IMG/VR virus record: IMGVR_UViG_3300022719_000113
Coordinates: 1-28,159 of that record
Reading direction: 5' to 3' (one strand)
DNA length: 28,159 bases
From: a virus
Taxonomy: Duplodnaviria; Caudoviricetes
In this document: positions 7,477-15,560 of the stretch, piece by piece
Position numbering within the stretch: the first letter of the stretch is position 1
Layout: the number at the start of each line of letters is the position of its first letter
Notes under the pieces: model-generated
The model's input: the letters and a program-made list of their open reading frames with translations, nothing else
Databases searched by the model: none
Told to the model about the DNA's origin: nothing
Position numbers and translations under genes: made by a program

Positions 7477-8264
7477 ACGTAATTTGGCTTTCAGCTTCCC
7501 GCCCCGACCCGGAATGGGAGCGGGCGCGAGAACTCCTGCTCACTCACGAGCAGGTCATCACGGACTCATGGGATGACCCACGAGTCCAGAACATCCTGAC
7601 GCGTGGGCCGGGGACGGTCTATGCTTTCGAGCGCGAGGACCGGCCCTCGCCCTTGCCGAAAGCGGTGGTCATCGTTGACCATCACTCCCCGGGCGATCCC
7701 GGATACGGGGAGCCGCCCGAGCACTACTGGTCGGCGTCGAGCCTCGGGCAGACATGGCGTGCCCTCGTCGGGCTTGGCCTAATCAAGCCGGGCGCCCGTC
7801 TGCCCCGGGACTACGCGCTGGCGGCAGCGTCCGATCACTGTCCGCGTGATGCGTACCAGGGCCGCTGTCCGGGGATCGACCCCGAGGAGCTCATGCGGTG
7901 GCGGATAGCGGTCCGCGCGGAATTTCAAGGCCGCGAGCCTGAAGATATTCAGGCCGACGTCGTGCGGGCTATGGACGTGATTCAGTCGGCTCCGGAACTC
8001 CACATCGGAGCCTCCGTCCGTGTGCGCGATCTGCGCAAGATGGGATGGGTACCGGAAGCGCCCGAGGCCGCGTTGCGATTGGGGACTGCGATCCTGGGCG
8101 CTCATATTGATCGCCACAGCGGTCGCAAGAAAATCAACCTTCTGGCGGCTACGCCGGAGCAGGTTCGCGTATTCATGCAGCAGTGGGGTGGAGCCCGGCT
8201 GCATGATCTCTACGGCGACCCCGCTCGGGGCTTCGCTGGCGGGTACCGCAGGACAAAGCAATGA
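7473..8264 (+). CDS. DHH-superfamily phosphoesterase-like protein (NrN-like)
   Basis: Ordered motifs DPE, VYAFE, IVDHH, SSLGQ, AAASDH, RAEFQG and C-terminal YGDPARGFAGGY. Confidence 0.6.
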   Translation: MNVIWLSASRPDPEWERARELLLTHEQVITDSWDDPRVQNILTRGPGTVYAFEREDRPSPLPKAVVIVDHHSPGDPGYGEPPEHYWSASSLGQTWRALVGLGLIKPGARLPRDYALAAASDHCPRDAYQGRCPGIDPEELMRWRIAVRAEFQGREPEDIQADVVRAMDVIQSAPELHIGASVRVRDLRKMGWVPEAPEAALRLGTAILGAHIDRHSGRKKINLLAATPEQVRVFMQQWGGARLHDLYGDPARGFAGGYRRTKQ

Positions 8265-8560
8265 CGCCGCGCGAATTTGATCGCCTTGTCGGTCAGACCC
8301 GCCTGCAGCCCCGTGCCGTGCGCATGGCGCGTGCCGTACTGTGCGAGGGGGTGAGCTGCGCCGAGGCGGGACGGCGCGAGGGTGTCAGCCGCCAGGCTGC
8401 ATGGGGAGCGGAGCAGAGCGTACTGCGCGCCCTGCGCACCGGCTATCCAGACGACTGGGCGGTGGTCACCGTCGTGGTGCCGCCGGATGCAGCGGACGAG
8501 ATAGCTGCCGTGGCGGCGGAATCACGAACGGCCGCCGCGGAAGACCGGAGGGAAAAATGA
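8261..8560 (+). CDS. KorA/TrfB family HTH repressor
   Basis: ARAVLCEG..GVSRQAA HTH and YPDDWAVVTVVVP dimerisation motif, resembling the recalled KorA LPEGYARVTAVLP. Confidence 0.78.
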   Translation: MTPREFDRLVGQTRLQPRAVRMARAVLCEGVSCAEAGRREGVSRQAAWGAEQSVLRALRTGYPDDWAVVTVVVPPDAADEIAAVAAESRTAAAEDRREK

Positions 8561-8976
8561 ACATTGTGGTGATCAGCGGCAATCTGGGGCAGGACCCTCG
8601 GGTCAACGACGTGGGCAGCAACACGGTCGCAAATCTGAGCGTGGCCGTGTCGGAGAAATGGAAGGACAAGGCGGGTGAGACGAAGGAAAAGACCGTCTGG
8701 GTACAGGTGGCGTTCTGGGGGCCGCTGGCCTCGGTGTGCGAGCAGTACCTGACCAAGGGACGCAAGGTGTTGATCCACGGATCGCTCGAAGAGCCGGACA
8801 CCTGGCAGGCCAAGGACGGAACGACCAGGGCGAGCAACAGCGTGCGTGGGTTCAAACTGGAAATGCTGGGCGGCGGACAGCAGCAGGGTGGTGGACGGCA
8901 GAGCCCGCCGCAGGGTCGCCCCGCCGAACCTCGGCCGCAGGCTGCGGCCGACTTCGATGACGACATCCCGTTCTGA
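8557..8976 (+). CDS. ssb: Single-stranded DNA-binding protein
   Basis: MNIVVISGNLGQDP, YLTKGRKV, Gly/Gln linker and DFDDDIPF tail. Confidence 0.97.
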   Translation: MNIVVISGNLGQDPRVNDVGSNTVANLSVAVSEKWKDKAGETKEKTVWVQVAFWGPLASVCEQYLTKGRKVLIHGSLEEPDTWQAKDGTTRASNSVRGFKLEMLGGGQQQGGGRQSPPQGRPAEPRPQAAADFDDDIPF

Positions 8977-9008
8977 GGGTACTTCTTTCACCCTCCACGA
9001 ATCAGGGA

Positions 9009-9119
9009 ATGAGTGCTGACGAAATGGTGATGATCGACGCGCCGGAGGCTGCCACATGGCAAACGGTCGAGGGCTGGGTTTCCCGTCGCGGCGTGTTACA
9101 CCTGTCGGATCTGGCTTAA
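9009..9119 (+). pseudogene. 36-aa truncated remnant of a phage hypothetical protein
   Basis: MVMIDAPEAATWQTVEGWVSRRG resembles the recalled N-terminus (MDSPEAA..TVTGWVSR) of a longer phage family, then stops. Confidence 0.4.
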
Positions 9120-9144
9120 TGAGTGGATGAGCGACCAGCAGCGA

Positions 9145-9729
9145 TCAGCCAAATGCCTGCTGATAGGTCAGCGTGAACTCGCCTATGGACTCACCGTCCA
9201 CGAGCACATCTACCGTGTAGTCCTGTTCGGGCGAATCAAAATCAAAATAGATCGCCACGGCACATCCCACCTTGCTTATTTCCGCGTCGGTTGGCGAGCT
9301 CCAGTCCTCCACGAACTCCACCCTGTCTGCGGCATCCGCGGCATCCACTCCATACACCATACCCCACACGACAGTTGCCCCATCGCCTGAGATCTGTCCA
9401 GGATCAGCCGCTCCCGGTGCGCTCTCGCCAGACAGGAACGCGCTGAACCCAAAGAATGTGTGCGTCCAGAGGAACTCGACGGCGGCGCCGCCTTGGCACA
9501 CATACTCCCCGCCGTGTGCTACCTCAATCGTTTCATCGCCGTCTGTCACTGTGACTGGCAGACAGGTGGTGCAGTCGTACGCCGCGCCTGACGGGACCTC
9601 TGAGATCTCCCCGTTGTCGGCTACGTATACTGGGGCACAGGCCCCCAAACTACTCCGAGGCACAACAACGCTGATGTCAAGGTCTCGGGCTGCTGATCCT
9701 CGGTCAGCTCTCTGTCTTCGGCGCGCCAT
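9145..9729 (-). CDS. Hypothetical virion/tail-associated protein
   Basis: Acidic and beta-rich, with two short repeats (EVPSGAAYDC / EVAHGGEYVC); last gene of the tail operon. Confidence 0.6.
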   Translation of the reverse strand: MARRRQRADRGSAARDLDISVVVPRSSLGACAPVYVADNGEISEVPSGAAYDCTTCLPVTVTDGDETIEVAHGGEYVCQGGAAVEFLWTHTFFGFSAFLSGESAPGAADPGQISGDGATVVWGMVYGVDAADAADRVEFVEDWSSPTDAEISKVGCAVAIYFDFDSPEQDYTVDVLVDGESIGEFTLTYQQAFG

Positions 9730-9871
9730 CGAATACCCCGTATCTGATGATCAGACATCCCAGCGGACCCCATGCCGCCCACCAGGGCAGCTGAGCGTAA
9801 CCAGCCAGGTCCAAGACTGGCCACCAGACGGCCGCACCTACCCACAACACCAGCAACAACGAGCTCATCAT
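9704..9871 (-). CDS. 55-aa Trp-rich membrane protein
   Basis: Read manually: MMSSLLLVLWVGAAVWWPVLDLAGYAQLPWWAAWGPLGCLIIRYGVFDGAPKTES; ATGA overlap with the 566-aa gene stop. Confidence 0.5.
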   Translation of the reverse strand: MMSSLLLVLWVGAAVWWPVLDLAGYAQLPWWAAWGPLGCLIIRYGVFDGAPKTES

Positions 9872-11568
9872 ATCGACACCGTAATCGCAAACTCAAGACC
9901 AGGGCCGGTCACCGTCAGGATGTGACTGCCCGCGGGAAGGACGTGGACCGGGAAACTGACCCGACCGCCGGCATCCGCGACCCTGGTCACACCGTGCGCT
10001 GCGACCGTCGCGCCGGGCAGCGGCTGGCCGTCGCTGTCAGTGACCGTGATGATGCGCTGATCGCCCGCCGTGTCCACGATGGCTCCCGCGTAGACGTCTG
10101 GCTCTATTCCGACCGCCAGGCTCGTGAGTGTAATCCTGGGTACGGGTCCCGCTGGCGCCTCCACGGTAATGGTGGTCTCCTCTGCTGCCAGATCTATGGT
10201 AGCGTCTCGCACTGGATAGCTACCCGACACCGGCACTAGAGGATGCCCCACATTGACGCGATCTCCCACGGACAGCAGCACCCTCGTATGGGCTCGGACA
10301 GCCCACACTGGACGCGCGTAGTGCTCCACGTGCCTGGTCCCAAGGGCGACCGCGACGGTCCTATCGCTCACCCATCGTGCGTCGATGACAGCCTCATGAC
10401 GGCCATGGTCTCGTATGCTGTCGGGTGCCTCAATCAGTACGGCAGCTCGCGGGCGGCCATCCCGGTAAGCGTAGTGCACTGTGACCGCATTTGCCATCCT
10501 GTGCGATAAGGCCTCCGCCGCCGCACGATCGCGGCCGTCAACCGCGTGCCGCACGGGCTCGGACTCCTCGCCACCCGGCCAGACCATGGCGCTATCGGTC
10601 GTCCATAGAGCGCCCACGGATCCCATGACTTCGGCTATCTGGCCGCCAATCGATTGCACCTCGGCTATACCTCCAGCGAGAGCGATCCCCATTCGGCCGC
10701 ACTCCGTCCGAAGCTCATGGTACAGAAATTCGTCCACCTGCTGCCCGGCAATACCTGCACGGATATCCCAGACGATATCAGCAGGATTGGTCATCAGTCC
10801 GCCGGTCCTCGGGTGTCGTTTGCCGACGCCCTCAGCAGTCAACACGGCTCCTTCGTCGGCGGGCGACCCGAACTCGACGATGGTCACTCCACGGCCTGTG
10901 ACGTCCAGATCGTTGCGCCAGTCCCAGTTCTGTACCTGCACTCCATCGACATAGACCGCCACGACCGCCGAGCTCGGATGGTCAGCCCAGACGAACAGGC
11001 GCCGGCTATCATCATACTGCAGCAGCGATCCGGTGACCCTCCCGTACCTGTGGGGGATCACCTGGGCGTCGCGGAATGCGCCCCACGCTGCCGTCGTACG
11101 CAGAGGTAGCGGGGCGGTCAGAGGCAGGGACGCGGTGTAAGGTGCGGGGTAGCCCGTAAGGTCGATACCGACCGGGTGTACCGCCGCGGTCGCTCCGGTC
11201 CATACCATATCCACAGGGACGGACTGGATAGGGCCGACCTCGTCCGCCGTCGTGCCCCGGAATACTACTGCCCCCGATTCGTGGCCGAGGAACAGATCCT
11301 GTGCCGTTTGGCCGGAAAACGCCAGAGCGCCCGAGACTGCATCCAGTGGGCCGCCCTTGACCTCCGCCGTCGTGCCCTGGAATACGACTGCACCCGGAAT
11401 GCCCGCCACCGACGCCGATGCGCCTGATAACACAAGCGCGCCCGAAATTGCGGCCAGTCCAAGACCCATGACCTTGGCCGTCTGGCCAACGAACAGCAGT
11501 GTTGGCTTACGCGGCACATCAGATACCGACCCTGCCCCCCCGCCGAAGACGAGATCGCCGCTAGGCAT
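9868..11568 (-). CDS. Tail tip / hub-like protein with N-terminal repeats and C-terminal Ig-like domain
   Basis: IPHRYGRV, NPADIV and LSVGDRV hub-type motifs; ITVTDSDGQPLPGATV Ig-like end; lies downstream of the tape measure gene. Confidence 0.6.
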   Translation of the reverse strand: MPSGDLVFGGGAGSVSDVPRKPTLLFVGQTAKVMGLGLAAISGALVLSGASASVAGIPGAVVFQGTTAEVKGGPLDAVSGALAFSGQTAQDLFLGHESGAVVFRGTTADEVGPIQSVPVDMVWTGATAAVHPVGIDLTGYPAPYTASLPLTAPLPLRTTAAWGAFRDAQVIPHRYGRVTGSLLQYDDSRRLFVWADHPSSAVVAVYVDGVQVQNWDWRNDLDVTGRGVTIVEFGSPADEGAVLTAEGVGKRHPRTGGLMTNPADIVWDIRAGIAGQQVDEFLYHELRTECGRMGIALAGGIAEVQSIGGQIAEVMGSVGALWTTDSAMVWPGGEESEPVRHAVDGRDRAAAEALSHRMANAVTVHYAYRDGRPRAAVLIEAPDSIRDHGRHEAVIDARWVSDRTVAVALGTRHVEHYARPVWAVRAHTRVLLSVGDRVNVGHPLVPVSGSYPVRDATIDLAAEETTITVEAPAGPVPRITLTSLAVGIEPDVYAGAIVDTAGDQRIITVTDSDGQPLPGATVAAHGVTRVADAGGRVSFPVHVLPAGSHILTVTGPGLEFAITVSI

Positions 11569-12025
11569 TGTCCGCGTAGGCAGTCAGTATCCCTGTGCCC
11601 GTCAAGGAGATCTTGAACTCTTGGCCGTCGGTGCGCGTCACGCCGTCCGGATCGCTAGTGTCCGTATCGGCCACGCCGATCAGTGGATCGGTCAGCGAGC
11701 CATAGACCCCGGACAGATAGTACACGACGTACTTGGCTTCAATGGTGCCACCGCTCGCGGTCCACAAAAAATCGTCCGCGTCGAGAGTGGAGGTGCCCAC
11801 ACTCTCCGTCCATGTGACGCTGGCCAAGCCCTGGCCTCCAGTCGTGTACCCGTTTGCGTTGGCGTGCTCGTCTGTCAAATCGGCAAGGACCTCGTTTGCC
11901 AGCCCTGCGGCGTTGCTGGTCGACAGAAACAGCGCCGCGCTCACAGAGGCCCCATCCTGCAGCGTCGCCTGACTGACGCCATTAAACGGAAACCGGTTGT
12001 AGATCTGCAGCTTACCCATTGCCAT
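11561..12025 (-). CDS. Virion structural (tail-associated) protein
   Basis: ANGYTTGG..TLDADD..WTASGGTI..YVVYY..PLIG pattern, common in phage tail modules. Confidence 0.7.
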   Translation of the reverse strand: MAMGKLQIYNRFPFNGVSQATLQDGASVSAALFLSTSNAAGLANEVLADLTDEHANANGYTTGGQGLASVTWTESVGTSTLDADDFLWTASGGTIEAKYVVYYLSGVYGSLTDPLIGVADTDTSDPDGVTRTDGQEFKISLTGTGILTAYADNA

Positions 12026-12030
12026 GACAA

Positions 12031-12336
12031 TCAGCCCTCAAGTTGTAGCGTGACGGTATCCCCGACATCGACCGCGGTCAATACGCCGGAGAAATGCGTG
12101 GTAGTGCTTTTGGCCACGGTAGCTTTCGCTCCCAGTGGCGGCACCGACAGGAGGCTGCCCATGCGCCCCCCGATGTTGTTCAGCACGACACGGACAGAGA
12201 CATTCTGGCGACCTTGGCCCGATCTCTGAATCGGTCCCGCTGATATCAAAGTGCGATACGCCGCGCTGCCCGTGTCGGGCGCAGCGCCAGCGTAGAAGAC
12301 CATAGTAGCAGGGCCATGCAGATCTACCCTGATCAC
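12031..12336 (-). CDS. Hypothetical tail protein (hub N-terminal-like domain)
   Basis: VVLNNIGG..FSGVL..VTLQLE beta pattern; coupled to the upstream gene. Confidence 0.6.
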   Translation of the reverse strand: MIRVDLHGPATMVFYAGAAPDTGSAAYRTLISAGPIQRSGQGRQNVSVRVVLNNIGGRMGSLLSVPPLGAKATVAKSTTTHFSGVLTAVDVGDTVTLQLEG

Positions 12337-15300
12337 CGGACCGCAGACACCGGAAGCGTAGCGCTCAGGTAGCGCCTGGACTCGCCGCTGTGGCTATACT
12401 TATCGGCCTCAGTGACCTGTACGCTGTCTGCGTCATACGACACGACCATCGCCAGGTCCGGAGCATCGTCTCGCTGTAGGTAGCCAAACCGGTTCTCGTC
12501 GTTGGCGCGCGCGTGGCTCAGCGCCTCCAGTATCCGGTCCACGTCGCCCTGCGTCATCCACGCCAGCGAAATCTGGCCGCCTATCCCCGCGGCCACGCCC
12601 GGCGCTGCCAACGCATAGTTTGCGACGAACTCCGCGTAGTTGCCCTGCACGTGGCCACCGACCGGATCTAGCGTCCGTCCTTGGCCGATGAACAGCCAAC
12701 CCACCGCCCCGTCACCACCATCGATAGATACGCGATATTCCGCGTGATTCGCGTCGAAGAGGTGCGTGATCGCGCTTTCTCTCCACGTGACAGACTCGGA
12801 CAGAGGCGTCGTCGAAAAGCCGTCGTCGGAGCCCTCCAGCGTGATGGTTGCCCCGGCCGGTATCGTGTGCGCCGCTATCATGAGCGAGTCGGCGGCCCCC
12901 CCGGGTACCACGATCTGTGTCTCTGTCGTCCATCTCAGATACTCGTCCCGTGGGCTCGAGGCACGACTTGGGCCATTGATGGCCAGCGCCTCGACTCCGT
13001 ACCGATCGCCCGTCACATAAGATGCCCCGGCCCCACCGATGAATTGCACGATCAGCCCATCTCCACCGATGCTCACCGTGTCCGATATGTCCTCTGGACC
13101 CACCCACGCGCCCCCGTCGACGCGCCACTGGAACTGGCCGCCCTCGACGAAAAACGAGCCACGCCAACCGAGCCCTAGCGGTATGCCGCCCGCCGTGATG
13201 CCGAACGATACTCCGCCCTCGCTGTACGCCACCGGTGAGTTACGGTCATACAGATAGTTAGGCAGCGCGCCACTGTCCGACCCGGTGACGCTGAAAGTGT
13301 ACGTATCGTCGCCCGTCTGACCGCCAGACAGCTGCTTCGGCTGTGCGCGCACAACTCGTACGGAGTAGCGGTCACCTATCTGATATCGCGACTGCTGGTT
13401 GATCACATTCTCTATCCGGAGAACGAACTTGTCGCCCTCCCTCAATTCCGACTCGCACGCCTGGAGAGCAAACCCACCAATGAAAGTCGGCTGGATCACA
13501 GACTGCCCGTCGTCATCGTACGTCTGACGCGGAAAGAAATAATAAGTGTTGGTAAAAAGGGGCATGAAGTTCTGATCCGGAACCCACCAATGCGTCGCCC
13601 CTGTGTCCTGCCAGCAAAGCGATCCTGCTATGCCGGCATCGTTAAAATTCGGCTGCACCCCGGCGTTGGCGAAGATGCGATCACGGCGCGCCTCAAACCG
13701 ACGAAGAAACATCGTGATGTCTGTGGTCAGTGTAGTAAGGTTGTATCCTGCCTCCGCTTGGGCCGCAGCCTTGTCCGCCTGTCCAAACGGCCCGCCGGAA
13801 CCGCCGATGAACTTGCCGAGCATGACCCACCACTTGCCGCCGCTTGCGGCGTCAATGGCGCCGGTCGCCGTCTCGAGGTCATCCAGAGCATTGGACCAAT
13901 CTGCATCGACGTTCCCTGGATGCGTCTCGCCCAGCGCCGCGTAGAGGTCGGTCATGCCCCGGGCAAATACCTGCGTCACAGCGTCAGCGAAACGGATATC
14001 CACCGGGTCTATCGAGAGCGCCGCGCTGTATCGCTCGCTCATCGACGCACTCCATTGATTTCCGACCAGCTCACCTGTCGATCCGTAGGATACGCTGACC
14101 TCCTCGAGCCCGCTGCCGGACGCTATTTGTGCGTTGGCGGCGACGAACTCCTGACGCCAGTTATACAGCCGCACAAACAGGTCATGCAGCTCACTGGGGA
14201 TGGCGTTGCTCACGGAGCCATCCCCCTCGATGCCCAAACAATCATCGGTCGGCCCTCCAATCACAGGTTGCGACGCACAGTTGCAGTCGGACTGCTCTGG
14301 CCGGCGCCGGTAGGTAAAGGTCACGGTCAGGTCGCGGGCATTCGCTCCCAGGACTGGCCGGTACAAATTCATGCACGGGGTAGGTCTGTCTTGATCGTAT
14401 TGTGGGCGCGGCTCCAGCGTGACGTCCCCATCTGGAGCTTGATCGGCAGTGGGTATCACCTGCGGGATCACAAAGCCTAGTGGCGAGGCCGTCTCGTCGT
14501 AGAGCACGCCCGATATCGCATCCGGCAAAGACCCGCTGACATCACCATCGATAGACCACCGCTCGCTGCCGAGCACTGCGTTGTCGTCACAGGTGATGCG
14601 CACAATCTCCGTAGGGGCGTCCGGCTCTACGGCGAGGCTTTCGAGATCCTGAAGAATCTCCCCACCATCGACCTCGACGTCCCGGGCGTACGACCGCGTG
14701 TATACCCGCAAGTCGTCGGCACCGATGCCGCCAGGCAAGCAATCGTTAGTTACCACTCCTGTGACATCCACCAGCGTCGAGCCCAGTCGGACCGCCTCCA
14801 GGAGGTCGAAGAGCGACCGGACATCCGTATAGGTCTCCGGGCTAGCGCCGTCAGTTACGGTCACCGACCGCGCTCCGGATACCAGCCGGACCGGCTCCCC
14901 CTCGCCGATATCGTAGGGCACAGGCGGGCTAATTCCGTACACCCACTCGCCCCTATGTTCCTTCCACAGCCGGTGGACAAATGGGCGATTCCCGAATGAC
15001 ACACGTGGCGCATCTGCCGGTATGCACCCCTCGGCATCAAGTGTGCCGTGGCCAAAGTCCCACTGATCTCCCGTGAGCTCGGACGTGCCTCTGGGAATAG
15101 GTCCCGGCGTAGAGTATTCCGTTGCGGCAAAGGACAGGCCAGACTGGTCAATGTCGACGGTAATGTCGTTGCCGGCGGGACCCTCGTTCGCCGCCACCAG
15201 CTGGCGTCCGCCCAGAGTGGTCGAGGCGGAGCGCGTCTCTGTGCCGAGGTCTATTAGCTCGACCGTCATCTCTTGCGCCGTGGTCCCGGGCGCGATGGCG

Positions 15301-15560
15301 ATATCCTCGATAGTTGCGTTGCCCTCGCCACTGTATGTCGGAGCGCTCGTGCTGGGCACGCCGCTGATCGTGTCTGAGATTATCTCGACTTCGACGACCT
15401 GGTCCTGCTGTCCGGTGTAATCGCCGATCACACGCACATCACCAGCGCCGGTCCTCATTCGCAGGTCCGGCCGAGCAAATATGGCCTGTGACGGCACGAT
15501 GTTTGTGGCTGTAACCTCCGCATCGCGCAGCAGATTGTCGATGTTGCCTAGTAGTCTCAT
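12333..15560 (-). CDS. Large acidic tail protein (distal-tail position) with a large insertion
   Basis: 1075-aa ORF ATGA-coupled to the tape measure gene; rich in Gly/Asp/Thr beta segments. Confidence 0.7.
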   Translation of the reverse strand: MRLLGNIDNLLRDAEVTATNIVPSQAIFARPDLRMRTGAGDVRVIGDYTGQQDQVVEVEIISDTISGVPSTSAPTYSGEGNATIEDIAIAPGTTAQEMTVELIDLGTETRSASTTLGGRQLVAANEGPAGNDITVDIDQSGLSFAATEYSTPGPIPRGTSELTGDQWDFGHGTLDAEGCIPADAPRVSFGNRPFVHRLWKEHRGEWVYGISPPVPYDIGEGEPVRLVSGARSVTVTDGASPETYTDVRSLFDLLEAVRLGSTLVDVTGVVTNDCLPGGIGADDLRVYTRSYARDVEVDGGEILQDLESLAVEPDAPTEIVRITCDDNAVLGSERWSIDGDVSGSLPDAISGVLYDETASPLGFVIPQVIPTADQAPDGDVTLEPRPQYDQDRPTPCMNLYRPVLGANARDLTVTFTYRRRPEQSDCNCASQPVIGGPTDDCLGIEGDGSVSNAIPSELHDLFVRLYNWRQEFVAANAQIASGSGLEEVSVSYGSTGELVGNQWSASMSERYSAALSIDPVDIRFADAVTQVFARGMTDLYAALGETHPGNVDADWSNALDDLETATGAIDAASGGKWWVMLGKFIGGSGGPFGQADKAAAQAEAGYNLTTLTTDITMFLRRFEARRDRIFANAGVQPNFNDAGIAGSLCWQDTGATHWWVPDQNFMPLFTNTYYFFPRQTYDDDGQSVIQPTFIGGFALQACESELREGDKFVLRIENVINQQSRYQIGDRYSVRVVRAQPKQLSGGQTGDDTYTFSVTGSDSGALPNYLYDRNSPVAYSEGGVSFGITAGGIPLGLGWRGSFFVEGGQFQWRVDGGAWVGPEDISDTVSIGGDGLIVQFIGGAGASYVTGDRYGVEALAINGPSRASSPRDEYLRWTTETQIVVPGGAADSLMIAAHTIPAGATITLEGSDDGFSTTPLSESVTWRESAITHLFDANHAEYRVSIDGGDGAVGWLFIGQGRTLDPVGGHVQGNYAEFVANYALAAPGVAAGIGGQISLAWMTQGDVDRILEALSHARANDENRFGYLQRDDAPDLAMVVSYDADSVQVTEADKYSHSGESRRYLSATLPVSAVR

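Noticed and set aside
8975-8996. GAGGGT/ACCCTC hairpin after ssb as a terminator
   Set aside because: Short stem, 9-nt loop and no following U-tract.
11246-11391. Diversity-generating retroelement TR/VR pair
   Set aside because: Only about 26 bp long, explained by internal protein repeats; no reverse transcriptase in the window.
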